A stretch of 64,000 nt of DNA from Klebsormidium nitens (Eukaryota > Plantae > Klebsormidiophyceae). The notes under the pieces are model-generated. The model was given only the letters and a program-made list of their open reading frames with translations. It searched no databases and had not been told where the DNA came from. Below are positions 36,201 to 55,209 of this stretch, piece after piece. Positions within the stretch are counted from its first letter, which is position 1, and the number at the start of each line of letters is the position of its first letter. The translations under genes and the position numbers were made by a program. The stretch lies in NCBI GenBank assembly GCA_000708835.1, contig DF237374.1, forward strand, positions 1 through 64,000, in the 5' to 3' direction.

Positions 36201-39200
36201 GACCGAAGCACCGACGGAGAAAAAATCGCCTCGCATGGTGCACGCAACTCCCGCTCCATGCCTCGAACCTCCACCCAGAGCTGCAGTGCCAGCCAAAGGC
36301 GGCTACAATTCAAATTCTACAAATAGCCTGCAAGCTCTCCTCCCTAGTTACCAATGGAAGACCCACCGTGGCTACCCCCGTGTTGCCCGGCAGCTTGAAC
36401 TCCTGTTCCAGGGGGGTGCCCCCTGAAGTGTAAATCGTGCCCCCCCCCTCTCGCCGGCTGAGCACCAGTTTGGAGCGCGCCTTGACGCCCCGCACCTTCA
36501 TTACCAGGTGAATCTCCGCCGGGTCTGCAAAAACAGACTACAAATCTTCAGTTTAGTAGTAATAACCCTTAGCAATAGTGAGCTAACCCGGCTTGGGCCG
36601 GGTGCGGTTGAGTTGGGGGTTCAGGCTGGGGATGGGTGCGGAGCAGGTGATTTGTGGGTTAGGCTTTTAGTGTAAATGTAGGAGCTTACTATTGCTAGAG
36701 CTTACTATCGCGAAATCGAAGAAACCAAGAACAGGCTGGTCTGTTCTCCCATTGGACTCGGTCTTTGTGGTGATAGCCTTCGCCGTATCCAGCATTCTTT
36801 CCAGCTCCACTTTTCAGCATTCGCATTTCAGCCTCTGCTTTCCAGCCTCCAACTTTCACCTTTCGGTTCTCAGCCCTCGGCCTTTGCTTTTCAGCCCTAC
36901 CTCAGCTTTCTCTTCCGCCTTGAATATGTGGACAACGGCCCCAAACTCTCAAAAGAGCCGGACACTTCAACAACGATCTGGACGGTCCGGCTCGGACGCT
37001 CACTCTGCGCGCCCGCGTGCGCCCCGGTCGCGGGCCCGTCGAAGAGCCGGACTTGCAGAACCGCGACCTTCATCATCCCCCCCTGCGCCTTGATCGCCTT
37101 TTTCACCTTGTGCGGGAGCGCGCCCGCGCGCAGCTCCAGGCAGAAGCGCCGCGGCTCCACCCACTGCTTCGCGATCGCCGTCTTCAGCTCTGACGTCTGC
37201 AGGGGGGTCGGATGACGTCAGCAAGCATGCTTGACGTCAGCAAGTATGGAGACACGTGTCAGCACGAAGAGAAGCCAAACAAGAACCACAAGCGAAAGCG
37301 CCGCGGCTCCGCCCACTGCTTCGCGATGGCCGTCTTCAGCTCTGACGTCTGCAGGGGGGTCGGATAACGTCAGCAAGCATGAAGGTGACGTGTCGGGAGA
37401 CAAGCGAAGCCCGAGCGAAAGATACAGCAGAAGCGCCGCGGCTCCATTCACTGCTTCGCGATGGCCGTCTTCAGCTGTGCCGTCTGCAAATGGTCGAGTG
37501 ACCCGTCACTCACACGTAAAGGGTCTTCAGCAGGCTAACAGGGTGCGACGACTAACCACTGCTTTTGCGATTTCGGACCCTTCAGTTGCGCCCTCACCCC
37601 GTAGTATCGTCCAGCCTGAAACCTCAACAGTCATGAAGCAGCAACGCTTCAAGAGGGATTCGTCGTGGGCGGGCCACACCAGCCAGGCCAAAATGGGGTG
37701 AAGCGCCTTCAAAGAGTTGAGTACTGAATACGATGCTCAGCCTTTCGCAAGAGCGAACGGACAGGAAAGCAAGCTCTCGGGGTTTCACGTCTCGGAAACA
37801 CAGCGAGGGGGAGCCCTCACCAGCCTGGCCGAAATGGGGTGAAGCGCCTTCATAAGTGCCCCAGAGGGCGTTCTGTGTTTTGGTTTCGCCAGTGCCAACA
37901 GGAAAGGAAAGTGAACCCTTGAGAATCGCGCATCGAGGGGGATACCACTGCGGCCATCACAGCCTGGTCAGGATGGGCGGTAGCGCCTCCACGGAGATGT
38001 CCAGAGGGAGTACCGTATTGAAACTTTAAGCTTCACCAGTGCCAAAAACAAAGAATAGAAGTCTCGGTAATCCTGTGCATACAAAAGGCTTCGAGGGGGA
38101 TCCCCCTGCCGCCCTCACCAGCCAGGTCAAGATGGGTTGCAGCGCCTTCATGGAGATGCCCCAGAGCGAGATGTCGATGTGCATCTTGGGCTCGCCCGTG
38201 AACGACACCAGCAGCACGCGTTCCGCCGGAAAAGGACGGACCCGCAGCTGCATATGGAAAGCCCGTGATAAGAGCCGAGTAATCGGTTTTTGAAGCCGCT
38301 GGAGCTTCCATAGTCGGGAATGCCAACAGAACCGAGGTGTGCGGATGAAAAGTGTTTTCTGGTCCTAAGCCTTAGGCTAGGAAGAGGGTTCGGGCTTGCC
38401 AACGGAGCTGGGCGCACATTCTCGACAATTGCGGGGAAAGGAAGATCGCTGCGCTCAGCAGAGGTCTGAAGGAGCAATAGAGGGTGACGCCCTGCGAGAC
38501 CGCATGAACGATGGACTCTTCTTGAAAAGCTCGAGCCGAATTACGTGCCTCGTCATTTTGCCCCCTTCATTTCTGTCCTCACCTTGCCGCTGAACCTCAA
38601 GCTGGTGACACTGATCGACGACCTGAACGACCAGGTGCGTAGAACAGCGTCCTCCGCTTCCACGAGATAATCAAGGGCCCTTCAGTGATTCCCCAACGTT
38701 TCCCCCTCATCATGTCGTCTTTGTTTCCTCACCTTTCCGCTGATCTTCAAGCTGGTAACTTTGATCGTCGAGCTGAACGACCCGGGCACGTAGAACAGCG
38801 TCCCGAGTTGCATGCGTGATTGGATAACGACTTCCGGGTGCTCCGAGTGGAATGCAAAGTCGATGTCCAGCGCCTGATCGCCCATGTGCCGCACGATCTT
38901 GGCGGGGCCAAACACCGGGGGCGCCGTCCCCAGCGCAAAGTGCGTGAACTCCAGCGTTTGCTGCACGAGATACCGCTGAAGCTTAAAACCGTTGTCATAC
39001 GTGCATTTCAATACTCAAAATATTTGGGATTCGCTTAAAGAGCGCTGACGGAAGATGAAGTATGGCCTGATCTCCACGTGCCGCACGATCCTGGTGGTGC
39101 CGAACACCGGGGGAGCCGTGCCCAGCGCAAAGTGTGTGATTCTAAAGTTTGCTGGATGACAAAGAGAAGAAGCTTGATGTATGTTTCCAAACGTCTAGTC

Positions 39201-40942
39201 AGCGGGTAAGATGGTTGAAAGTTATTGGTGGCCCCGAAAGACGACACGTGTTGCCCTGACGAAGCAGAAGAAACTCTCGGTTCAAAAATGTCGTGCATTC
39301 GCATTTGACTTTTTAAGAAGGCAGTTGGTAGAGGGAACACAAAAAGGTTTCTACAGGATCGACGTTCATGCGTCCAGCCCAAAATGATACTTCCAAAGAA
39401 GCCAGGGGGCTTTGAATGCTTCCATTCTGCTGAGCTGCGCATATCGTCGTGTCAAAGCGAAGGGCTCACCATGAATTTGGGCCGGCTCTTGCTGAGCTTC
39501 TTCTGCAGCACGTTGCACAGCTGCAGGGCGAACTTGGGCTCGTACACGTTTCGCCACAGTATCCGGAGGAGGCAGTTGAGCCAGTCCACCGACTCGAGCA
39601 CCGTCTCCGCCTGGGACACAATTATCCCGTTGTCTGTCGGTGCCCATGGCGTCGACAAAAACGAATTACTTCCTAGCTTTCGCAGTTCAGATGAATCTTT
39701 GCAAAGTGTTTGGACATTACGCTTTATCATTGATGTTCGTAAAGCCTAGTCTTCATCCAGAAATGATGTTTGCTGGAACGTTGGGCTTCCGAAGGCTCTT
39801 CTACTCCTCGAAGCCTTTCACTCAAGGATTGCGCTAGCCCTGATAATGCTCCTGATCTTGCAGACTCGACATGGTTCAAAAAGCTACGTCCGTTTTCAAA
39901 GTTTACATGGTGCCCACACTTCCAGGAACGCTTTCTTACCTTTGTCTCTGCCATTTCAAGCTCCCATTGCCTCCGAGCTTTTTGGACTTGTTCCTTCGTG
40001 CGCTTTTGCGCTATCTGCAACCACCCATGGGGTATTATTAAGCTCACAGTTATTTCGCTTCATTCAATTACAGAGTCAACTTAAGGAGGAGAGGTCAAAA
40101 CTGTAAGTTGTGCTGATTGCAGCTAACATTTATGTTCATTTTCTGTTTCAAAGGGCTCTGTTTTGTGGTCATGACAGAGTGGAAGCTGGACTAGCTCCCC
40201 CTGATGACTGCATTCAGGCATCTCTGTCCATCAACAGGGCAGATAGTGTCATGTTGAGGAGCCCCATCCCCATATAAGGGCCCAGATCCACTCTTCCAAA
40301 GGGTGTAACGTACTCCAAACACTGCCTGAAAATTGATCAGCAGTCTCTTGACAAAGCTGTGACAATCAATCCATTGCAAGGGGTCCAAGAAGCCCTGAAA
40401 AACTAACTGAGTGAACCATGTAGTACGCCTCAAAGACTGGAAAAAGGGGCAGGCTTTCCAGTGAAACATTGTCAAGCAAGCAAATTATTTCAAGGGGGTC
40501 ATCAGTTTGAGAAACTTACCCCCCAAATGATGTAGCACACTGCGAACACAGGAAAGATGGGCATCCTCCGCAGCCACTCTACACCTAGCGCCACCGCCAG
40601 CCCCAGAACCACCACCCCAGGAAACGGCCCGTCCGTAACCACCTCGCTAAACCGCGCTAACCCCTCGCTAACCAGGTATCCTAACCTCTCACTCCTTGTC
40701 CGTTTCAACCCCTCTTGTACAAGCTGATGGTTAGCGGCTCTTGTGGGGGTTCCCGCTGCAGATGATCCCTGAGAGGACGGCGCCGCTGACGTCATCCTCG
40801 AGACGCGTTCGAGAAGTTCGCTGGACAGGTCGAGTTCCTCAGAGGGATGATCGGGTGTGAATGCATTCCGGCCAAGGGGGCTCTTGGTTGGGGTGCGGGG
40901 GCTGCCGCGCCCGGGGCTCAGGGCACCCTTGGGACTCCCCAT
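30242..40942 (-). CDS. Synaptotagmin/extended-synaptotagmin-like protein (N-terminal TM, SMP domain, three C2 domains)
   Basis: Exons include 40942-40520 (TM GVVVLGLAVALGVEWL..IFPVFAVCYIIWG), 40014-39940, 39610-39470 (SMP start ESVDWLNCLLRILW), 38960-38733, 38247-38119, 37196-~36990, ~36525-36367 and 35775-35552, then exons near 34900, 34370 (WIITLVEARNLVAKDSNG), 34010 (KSDPYCKLRVG...LSPRWNETF), 33150 (MDKDFLGFDNDFLG), 32330, 31800 (LVEASNLIIRDFIMKKSDPFCKL...LNPIWNE), 31140 (RDKDFF) and 30330 (STDFLGAAHIDL...GRIHVRL), stop at 30242. Junction phases that I checked are consistent. Confidence 0.88.
36555..36712 (+). mobile_element. MITE-like hairpin element (G-rich core family, copy 3) in a synaptotagmin-like gene intron
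   Basis: Core gggccgggtgcggttgagttgggggttcaggctggggatgggtgcggagca, with inverted arms tagcaatagtgagct / agcttactattgcta. Confidence 0.6.
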
Positions 40943-41830
40943 TGTTAGAGCCCCTGGTTAACCAGCTCGGTTAGCCCCCAGCTGCTTAGCTCAAACTTCT
41001 AAGTGTCAGGTTTTCCCCTCTGAGAGTTGTGTTCCCACATTTAGTGCTTTCTTTCAGCTGCCCTACATAGAATTGAGGAGCTCGATCAAAGGTGTTGACT
41101 ATGCAGCCCCAGAACTAATCTGCTTGATGCAAGATTTGGGGCAAAATGCAGGCCGGCTAACCCATTGGGCTACATGTTCAGTGTCTGGAACAGATTACAA
41201 GAGCCCCTGATGTACACTTCTCTCCAAGCCGGTGCCTTTCTAGATTACGTTGGAGAGCGGATCAGAGCTGACAATTGTGCATCAAGTGTGCAATTTCTTC
41301 TCGAGAGAAGTCTAGAATCCTGATCGTCAACCTGCTGCAGTGATTGAGCTTTCAAAGGTGTGATTGTTTCCAGAAGCTTTAAAGAAAACTGCATTTGAAC
41401 CTACAAGGTGCAAGGAACCAGATGGCAGAAAAGGCTCCACTTCATGCAAAGCTGACAATGTAATCAATGCTACAATCTATGCCCGTGATCAACCCTGCTG
41501 CTGCAGCCATTGACGAGGCTTGCTCAATGACGGCACGTTGCAATTTTTGACTCTCAGTCCCTGCAACTTCAAGCGGCCATGCATTCGTTCCTAAGGCCAG
41601 GTACATGCCAGCTTCGAAAGCTGCAATTGGGCTGCAAACTTGCCAGGGCGGCTTTGGCGACCGCACTGGTGCAAGCTTCCCTTCCGGAGTCGCCTCCTCA
41701 ACCTTCCAAAGGAACTGATTCGAGCTAACTTAGTGCGCGCGTGAGGATTCCGTCCGAAACTTATCTCTCTCGGTCGGAAGTCCGGACTGCCCCGAGCACT
41801 AATTAGCTCAATGATAACTGTGTAGCCTTA

Positions 41831-42138
41831 TGCCCGGTTCACATGCGTTTTCAAAGTTTGCCGAAACCGCCGAAAAGTTGGCAAAAAGGGCCGCGTTTTC
41901 ATCTTTCAAAACGCGGCCTCCGTCGACCGCGTTCGGTTTTGACAAATACGCAGCTTTGAAATGCGGTCGAGTTTCAGCGAGTTTTGGCCAGTTTTCGGAT
42001 ACTCGGCAAATACCGAGCTCGGTTTTGCTCGGTTTTCGAAAGTGGTGTTCACATGCGTCCCGCTGATTACGGAGCTGCCACGTCGGACAGAATTGGCAAA
42101 ACCAAGCAAAACAAAACTGGACGCATGTGAACCGGGCA
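41831..42138. mobile_element. 308 bp PIF/Harbinger (Tourist-like) MITE
   Basis: Perfect 18 bp TIRs TGCCCGGTTCACATGCGT (41831-41848; 42121-42138) flanked by a TTA direct repeat (41828-41830; 42139-42141). No coding capacity. An internal partial TIR copy is at about 42048-42060. Confidence 0.92.
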
Positions 42139-42390
42139 TTACGTTCAGCTGGGGCCCAGGGGCCCGGGGCCGGAGGAAGCTCTTTGGAGTCGAAGTCCGA
42201 AACGACCAAAACGTCTGCTCTGGCAGCGCAGCTGATTGTGAATCTGACAGACTCAGACTCAGAGGCCTGCATGAAGCTGAAGCCTAAGGCTAAGGGAGCT
42301 GAAGCCTGACAAGCTGGCGTCTTCAAAATCTGCATAGTCTTGAGTGCAGCGCTGCATTGGCTGCATTGGCCGCAATATTTCGCAAGCATC

Positions 42391-48278
<5,888 letters not shown>

Positions 48279-48994
48279 GTCTTAGACCTCTAAACCTAGT
48301 GCGCTGAACACGTACTTCTGCCGCACCTAGTATGTACGCAAAGTTGCTGCTGATCGAAGGTGCACCAACTCATCGAAGTCACAGTGATCTTCGAGTCAAG
48401 TGCACGTACATGCACTCGTGGTCACGATCATACATGGAGCACGTGCCATGCAAGCTTTGATTCAGCCCAGGCTTCTAATTACAAATCCTCGGGATGCGCA
48501 TTAATTAACCCATCCGACGACCGATGCATCTGTATACACTCCTCATGTATGTGTCGCGGCCGGCCACGTCCACATGCAGACAGGCAGGCACTCATGGGTT
48601 GCCACCAAGATTTTCCATGCCCGTACTGCCCTAGAAACAAAGCCCGACCCCTTCCACACTGAGCGCCCCATGCAGCAGCTTTCAATACTTGCAACCGAAA
48701 CCAACGCCCACCTGGTCGCAACAACCGGATGGGATTGTCCTGGGATCGGTGCATAACATTCGAACGCAATCGATCCTGTTACCGTAAGCCGCGTGTGCCA
48801 TGGATGATTGTGCATGCGTTCATATGGGCAGGATCCTTACTGAGCCCGGCAGGCCACACGTGGATATATAACCTGTTTCTAAACGCGACGAAGCGCCTCG
48901 CTGGCGCCTTATATGTTAGATACAAGCGAGCCGCATCCATGTTTAAACAAACACGTTCCTACGGCGTACTCTTTACAAGCCTCAGTTACACTTA

Positions 48995-49056
48995 GCTAGC
49001 TTCAATTGTACAAAAGCCCTTTCCGGCTAGCTTCAATTGTACAAAAGCCCTTTCCG
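48995..49056. repeat. Perfect 31 bp tandem duplication
   Basis: gctagcttcaattgtacaaaagccctttccg occurs twice back to back (48995-49025, 49026-49056). Confidence 0.95.
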
Positions 49057-49186
49057 GGCTCGAGCTCGGCTGTAGCAGTTTCAAACCAAGTATTTACCAG
49101 AAGAATTGGCAAGCGCGCGCAACAGAATCTTGTCATTAGAAACAAGCCGGATCGAACAGATCTCAACCCTTGTGACGCCTGCCACG

Positions 49187-52100
49187 TCACATGCCCGGGA
49201 ACAGCGGTCCCAAGTGCGCCACCTCCCCAACCCGCCGGTTCTCTTCCTCCTGAAAATCCCCCTCAGCTCGCGCCCGCATTCCCGGGTCTACTCCCACCGC
49301 TACGCCCTCGCTAACCACGTGATCGTCCGATCCATCCAAACCCGCCGTCTCTCTGTTTCTTTCCCCCACTGCTCCCCCGTTTCTCAACACCCCCTGCTCA
49401 ATGTCTTTCCACCCGGTCTCCCCGGGGGATCCCTCGGGGCTCTTTCCCGGCTCTAAGTCCCGGCCCGCCGGCGCTTGGTGACCGGCTCGGTTGATTCGGG
49501 CGGGGGGCGGCTGGCCGATGTTGTACGGGGGAATGACGTCACGCTTGTGACGGATGGGCGCGCAGCACACGCGCACCAAATTGCGGAGACAGGAGCAAAA
49601 CCCGCCAAAGGCCTCGTTAATCCGACGTTGCGCCATCTGCTTCGACGTCAGGTCTGCAGACAGATAGCGATTGCAAGTCCGTTGAGCGACCGCGCAAACG
49701 CATGTAGATTTCCAACAAATCAGTGCTGTTCTAAACTGAAGACCGCATACAGACAGTCCTGATCTGGGAGTGAATGAATCCCAAGTGTTTTCGCTTCCCT
49801 GTCCCCCACTACTGTATCCTTCCTGACAATCGACCGGGCAGAATGTGCGCTTCGCTCGTTTCGAGACGAACCTAGCTTGCTAATCAGAAACAGTTGGAAT
49901 GGTTGGTCATGTCCTTCGTTCAGAAGCTTCCTTCTTCCCTGCGACTCTTCCCTTTTCTCCGCTTGAGCCCAGGCAAGCTCTCTCCACCAAACGTGGTACA
50001 GGGTCGCCCAGCCGTCGGTCAGGCTACGACCAACCCATTAATGCGCTGGTTCAGCCCACTTCGCGTGATGGCAACGTGCTTGAGGAATTACAGAAACTCG
50101 ACGATACTGGTCGCCCTGCTTGATCCGAATGACGAAACGCAGAAGCAACAAACAAGAGGCGAGACTGATGAGAAGCTTCGAAGAAGTTTATGAATCCACA
50201 CGAGGAGACCGTTCCACCTTAAAACACCAACTCATTACGCTACAAAAACCGAAGCTGTGAGATGCAAAGAATACCGAGAGCGTTAGCACTTGTGTCTTAC
50301 CGCATAGCAGGAGGCACAGGTGGCAGCAGCCAAAGAGCAGCAGGAAGGCGAGGTAAAAGTAGTAGAAGGTCATGAGCAGCCCCAGGTAAGTGTGCCAGTC
50401 GCTCCAGGCATGGCTCCTGCAGAAAAATTCTCAAGAAGTGAGCATACATGACGTCATCTACACTCGGCGGGTACACGTGAGGTCCTGCATACTAGGGGTT
50501 TGGAAAGCCCTCGCATCCTAGCTTCATAAACTTTGGGACAGAGTCTTTCATATACTGCTCACGCCGGCAAGAAACGCTCCACCAGGAGGCTGATGTTCAG
50601 CAACACCTCTGCTTTGACCGGATCCTCAAACCTTTTATCCTAACGACGTGTGAGATTTTCAAGCTGAAGGGCGCATCACGACAACGGCCCATTTTGCGTC
50701 GGGGGGCTCACGAAGAAAATTATGTCCAGCAGAAATAATCAAATACCTTCAATTATCAACTCTTCAACCGTGATGCCAAGACCCGGAATATCAAGCTTAA
50801 ATCCAAATACCTGAAAGCCTAGCCTCTGAATCAACGAACCCTGAAGGATAACACCAAATCAAACTCAACCGGCCCAGTTACGCTGGACCAGTAGGATGAT
50901 GCTCAGTAGAAAGTAACCATGGAGTTTTAACCAGATTCCGAGAGTTACGATCAACCCGGAAAAGTACACAGCACACTTACCCCTCCCAATGCCGCTGCAC
51001 CAGAAGAATGATGCTCGCTGCAAACAGCAGGGCGGCGCCGACGCCGCTGCTCATGAGGAAGACGACGAAGAAGCGGTGGTTGTTCTGGGCGATGCACGTG
51101 CCCACCACCGCGCAGTGGTGGTCGAAGCGCTGTAGTTAATTTGGCACGTGTCAATAGGGGCCGACTGTCCGAAGGTTTCCGCATTTCTCAATTGATCGAT
51201 AGATGCTGATTGGCATGCATGAAGGGATTTCGCTTGGACATTTTGACGACCGTTGTTGCCGAAATGACGTGCTTTGAACGGGCTATTCGCAGGGTGGCAC
51301 ATGGGGACATCGGCTGTAGAAGAAGACAAGGTTCTATGTCACAAAGTGGCATTAACAACAATTCGTTTGCGAAGTCGGTCCTTGGCAATTGACGAATGAG
51401 AGGTCGGAGGTTGGACGAATCAATTCGGTCACCCCTTCCAGAATCGAAAAGCTTCTAGAATTTGAGAAGGCAACTGCTAGAAACCAGCATTAATTAACAA
51501 GATTCATTACGTACGGCCTAGGCCGTCGAAGTACTCGTGTAAACCCCATACCAACTCGAACTTGGGGAACGACTCAACATTTCAACAAACTTTGCAGATA
51601 ATCAATGGCCAGATTCACGACATATTATCAAACCCCACCCACGCACCTGCATGCAGAATCCGCAGACACTGCAGTGCAACACGCGGGGCCCCTCAGTCGT
51701 CCAGACCCATCAACTCAGCGGTGTCCATCGACCAGAATTTTGATAACTCCAAAATCTGACCGACAAGCTTGCCCAATGACGAACGGTCCAGGACACGTCT
51801 TCACACTCTCCCTACGCACCAGCATGCAGTATCCGCAGACGCTGCAGTGCGTAACGCGCGGCCCCCGCCAGATGTTGCACGTGCTGCAGTACCGCTCCCA
51901 GCCGCGGATCTGCGTCCCCACCCCCATCGGGCCCGTGTAACAAGGGGGTGGCCGCACCCATTGCGCGCGCCCGTCCATGCACAGGCGCGAGGGCTGACCC
52001 GACTCTGCCGCAACAACTTCGGGATCTGGGGGGGAGGAAATTTTATGGGCGTTAAGACATGCCGTTTGAAGTTCTGGCAGTTTTGCACACATTGTGTGCA

Positions 52101-54384
52101 TCGGTCCATGCACAGGCGCGAGGGCTGACCCGACTCCCGCCGCAACAACTTCGGGATCTGAAGGGGAGAGATGTCGTGGGAGTTAAGAGACGCTAATTTA
52201 AGTCGGGGCACTTTTGCACCCATTGTGTGCACTTATCCATGCACAGGCACGAGGGTTGGCCGGATTAAGCTGCAACGACCTCGAGAACTGGGGTAGAGGA
52301 TGGCATGGGAGTTGAAGTTGGCGGCGGGGCTCGCCTGACGTCAGCTGCTTATCTCCGACCGCGTCACATTCGACAGTCTCGACCTCGGACGGCGGAAAGA
52401 AAGCCAGTTACACCGTGTGACCGGGTCTTGTAATTGCGACAGATGAGACAAAATGGATCACGTGGAGTGAAGCCATATTTCAAAAGGCTGAGAAGAACTT
52501 GCTCCTCGTTTTTTGTGCGCAAAATGCGAATGGGGAAGCAAGTCGAAGGTTCAAGAAGGGAGCATCCATAAACGGCTGGGCCGTATTGAGTCGGCTGGAA
52601 CGACTCGCCTTTGAGTGTTCGTCGAAGTTGACTTGCCTCGAACACATTTCAAGGGGCCACAAGCTCTCGACGCTTACCTAATGCTTGCTGATCTCCCTGT
52701 CATGAAAACTTTCCAAGAAGGCGGACTTCTTTCAGAGAGGATAAGCAATTGACCAACGAACAATTCCCTCTTGGCTGTTTTGACTAATGTTTCCAAGTTG
52801 ACGGGCACCCTACAACTTCACCGTGGCAGCTTGGCATACCTTTCATGGGCTGCGGTGTGACGACCCCGGGGTCTAGCTGGTTGACGAGGTAGAGACAGAC
52901 CAGCGCCAGGCACAGGCACACCCCCACCGTTATGTACAGCGTCAGACGCAGGGCCCAGGGGTGGATCCATGGGAGTCTGCACAAGAGGCATCCATAATCC
53001 TATGAAGAGGCTCCGGTCGTGAATGTTTCTTTTTTGGGGGGCCAAAGCAGACGGGACGGGGTCTGATTCTGCAAAACATGAAAGCGTCTAGTTTTGTAGA
53101 GGTTTATCCGGGGGGGTCCGTGGCAGGTTGCTTACAGGTGTTGACATGGTCGTAAGGTGTCCAGATTCTTTCGATGGTGTCTTCGCCAAAATTGACGAAT
53201 GAGGCTCCCTTTTCATCTGCCGAACAGCTCATGAATTGACTGATAGCTCGTCTTACCAGGACTCCACTAAGATACCTTCGACGGTTTTATCTGGGGTCTT
53301 ATCACAGTCTGGTCAACGCTCTGGTTGCTGGTGCTACGTATATACGCGCCTTACTTTGACGGCTGCCAAATCTTTGCAGTCAATCGCGGAAGCGGTCGCA
53401 GATGTGGTGACTGTGCACTGAGAGAGGGATTTTCGGTGGCCTGGGCATATGGACTGCCACGCAATTTTCACCATGCTATTATGTCGCAGATGACTGACTG
53501 AGCAATTTTAGAGCTTCCAAAAGAGTGGCCCACCAAGCAATCTGAAAGAAGTGGACGAAAACCGCCACCTCAGAATTTCAATTTGTCAATGCGAAAGGCG
53601 TCATTACAGGAGTCCGGTCCTTGAAGAGCATGCACCATATGTTACACCAGATGAGCACTCTGGACTAGACAGCTTTGTCTCTGCAATTCTGGTGCCTCAG
53701 CCAAAACAACGTAAGCAGCTGTAGTAAGGCAAAGCAATGTACCACCCGGCTGCTCTGCCAACATCTTCTGTTCTCGCCAGGTCTCAAGAGGTCCTGAACA
53801 AATCACGAAATTATAATGTAAACTAAAATGGTCCTTGCCACTCACACAAACGCGTAGCCCAGGCCTCCACTGACTGGAATCAGCCACAACAGAACATGGA
53901 TGCCCTGGAAGCCCTCTCCCCAGGGGCCCTGTTTCTGCGCCTGCCGCTCAAGCCACCGCTCGTGCCTGGTTGACCGCTTAACCCCTTCCTGAAACCCTCC
54001 GTTGAGCCCGTTATTAAACCCTCCGCTATACCCGTCGTTCAACCCCGGTCGCCGGCCCGCCTCCAAGTCAAACGCGAGCGCGTCATCTCCTTTGGTCAAC
54101 GGAGGGCCGTGAAATGGGGCCTGGGAAGGGAAATGGGAGGGGATCCCAGTCGCCGGTGCAGCGCCCCAGCTGCCGGCGTGGTTTCCCAGCGCGGGGTTTG
54201 GGTTTGGAACAGGGTTTAATGAGGGTGTATGAGCAGAGTGCGCGGCTGACTCGTGCAGCTCCCCTGCAGCAGTCTCCCGAGGTTTGTTGGTCAGGGGCTC
54301 GGGCCGTTCGCCATCCAAGTCCACGGCGTTTGCATGCGCAAGTGGCGCGTGAGCATCAGACTGTGGAACAGAATGCGGCTCCAT
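49187..54384 (-). CDS. DHHC-type protein S-acyltransferase (PAT)
   Basis: ATG at 54384 (MEPHSVPQ...). Exons ~54384-53845, ~52977-52843 (TM ..LVNQLDPGVV), 52025-~51820 (YCSTCNIWRGPRVTHCSVCGYCML), 51130-~50980 (RFDHHCAVVGTCIAQNNHRFFVVFL), ~50417-50305 (TM) and ~49653-49187. The Cys-rich domain and DHHC motif are intact. Confidence 0.93.
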
Positions 54385-54994
54385 AGCTGCAGCAGTCAAA
54401 CCACCCTGCTTGAAGAAGACGGGTGACCACCGCAGCGGCAGAGCTTCCCTACGCCCAGGCTTCCAAATTCCCCTCAAATGAGCCACCAATGCACTTGGGG
54501 GGTATCGCAAAGTATCGAGTCAACTCGAAACAGCAAGAAATACTCAATCGGGCAGGGGGGCGAAGGGGAGCCGCATTTCTCGTTAAAGGTATGCTGACGT
54601 AGGCAGCGACCTTCACTTCGGTGATGTCACTCGGCCCCTGCCATTTTGCGTCATGCGCTGAGTCGACCGTGACTAGGACAACTGCATGGCAGCCTAGCAC
54701 AGGCTCAAGACTGCACTGCAAGCTACCTTAGGAAGGACATCCGACAGGGCTTTCATTTCTTTCTTTTTCAAGCAAAGCGAGAGGTAGAAGGGGGCAGCAA
54801 GGCGCAACTTTGGGGGCGCGTCCCCGCGGCACTTCCTTGCAAGAAACACACACTCAGCACATGAGTAGGAAGAAGAGATAGAAAGGTCCCCGAAAGGTCG
54901 CAGCGAAGAGGAGGAAGCTACTCAGCTTTTGAAGAGGTGAAAAGTTGCCGCCGCGGAGACTCAGAGCGCACAGCTCGACAAGCTCAGTTGAAGG

Positions 54995-55140
54995 GGCTCA
55001 TAATAGTATACAAAATAGGGTTTATGACGTCAGTTTGCGGATTTTAAAACCCTAAGTTTTGTACGAAAACATCGTAGTCGAATTACCTCCGGGCGTAGGA
55101 TGACGTATCTCTTCGCTTTTGGGAATTATGACGTCAGCAT
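54995..55140 (-). promoter_or_regulatory. Candidate promoter cluster upstream of the DHHC gene: two TGACGTCA boxes, telo-box-like AAACCCTA motifs and a TATA-like TATTATAT
   Basis: Minus strand reads ctgacgtcataaaccctattttgtatactattatatgagc. There is a second TGACGTCA at 55129-55136 and aaaaccctaag at about 55046. Assignment is by position only. Confidence 0.35.
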
Positions 55141-55209
55141 TTGAGAGAGTTTGGAGGCACCAGAAGGGAGCCACCATCACAAAACATCCAAAACAAGAAT
55201 TGCAAGAAT

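Noticed and set aside
41442-41666. Protein-like 74 aa frame upstream of the synaptotagmin-like ATG
   Set aside because: It starts at a non-ATG codon, has no in-phase link to the exon at 40942, and probably lies in a 5' UTR intron.
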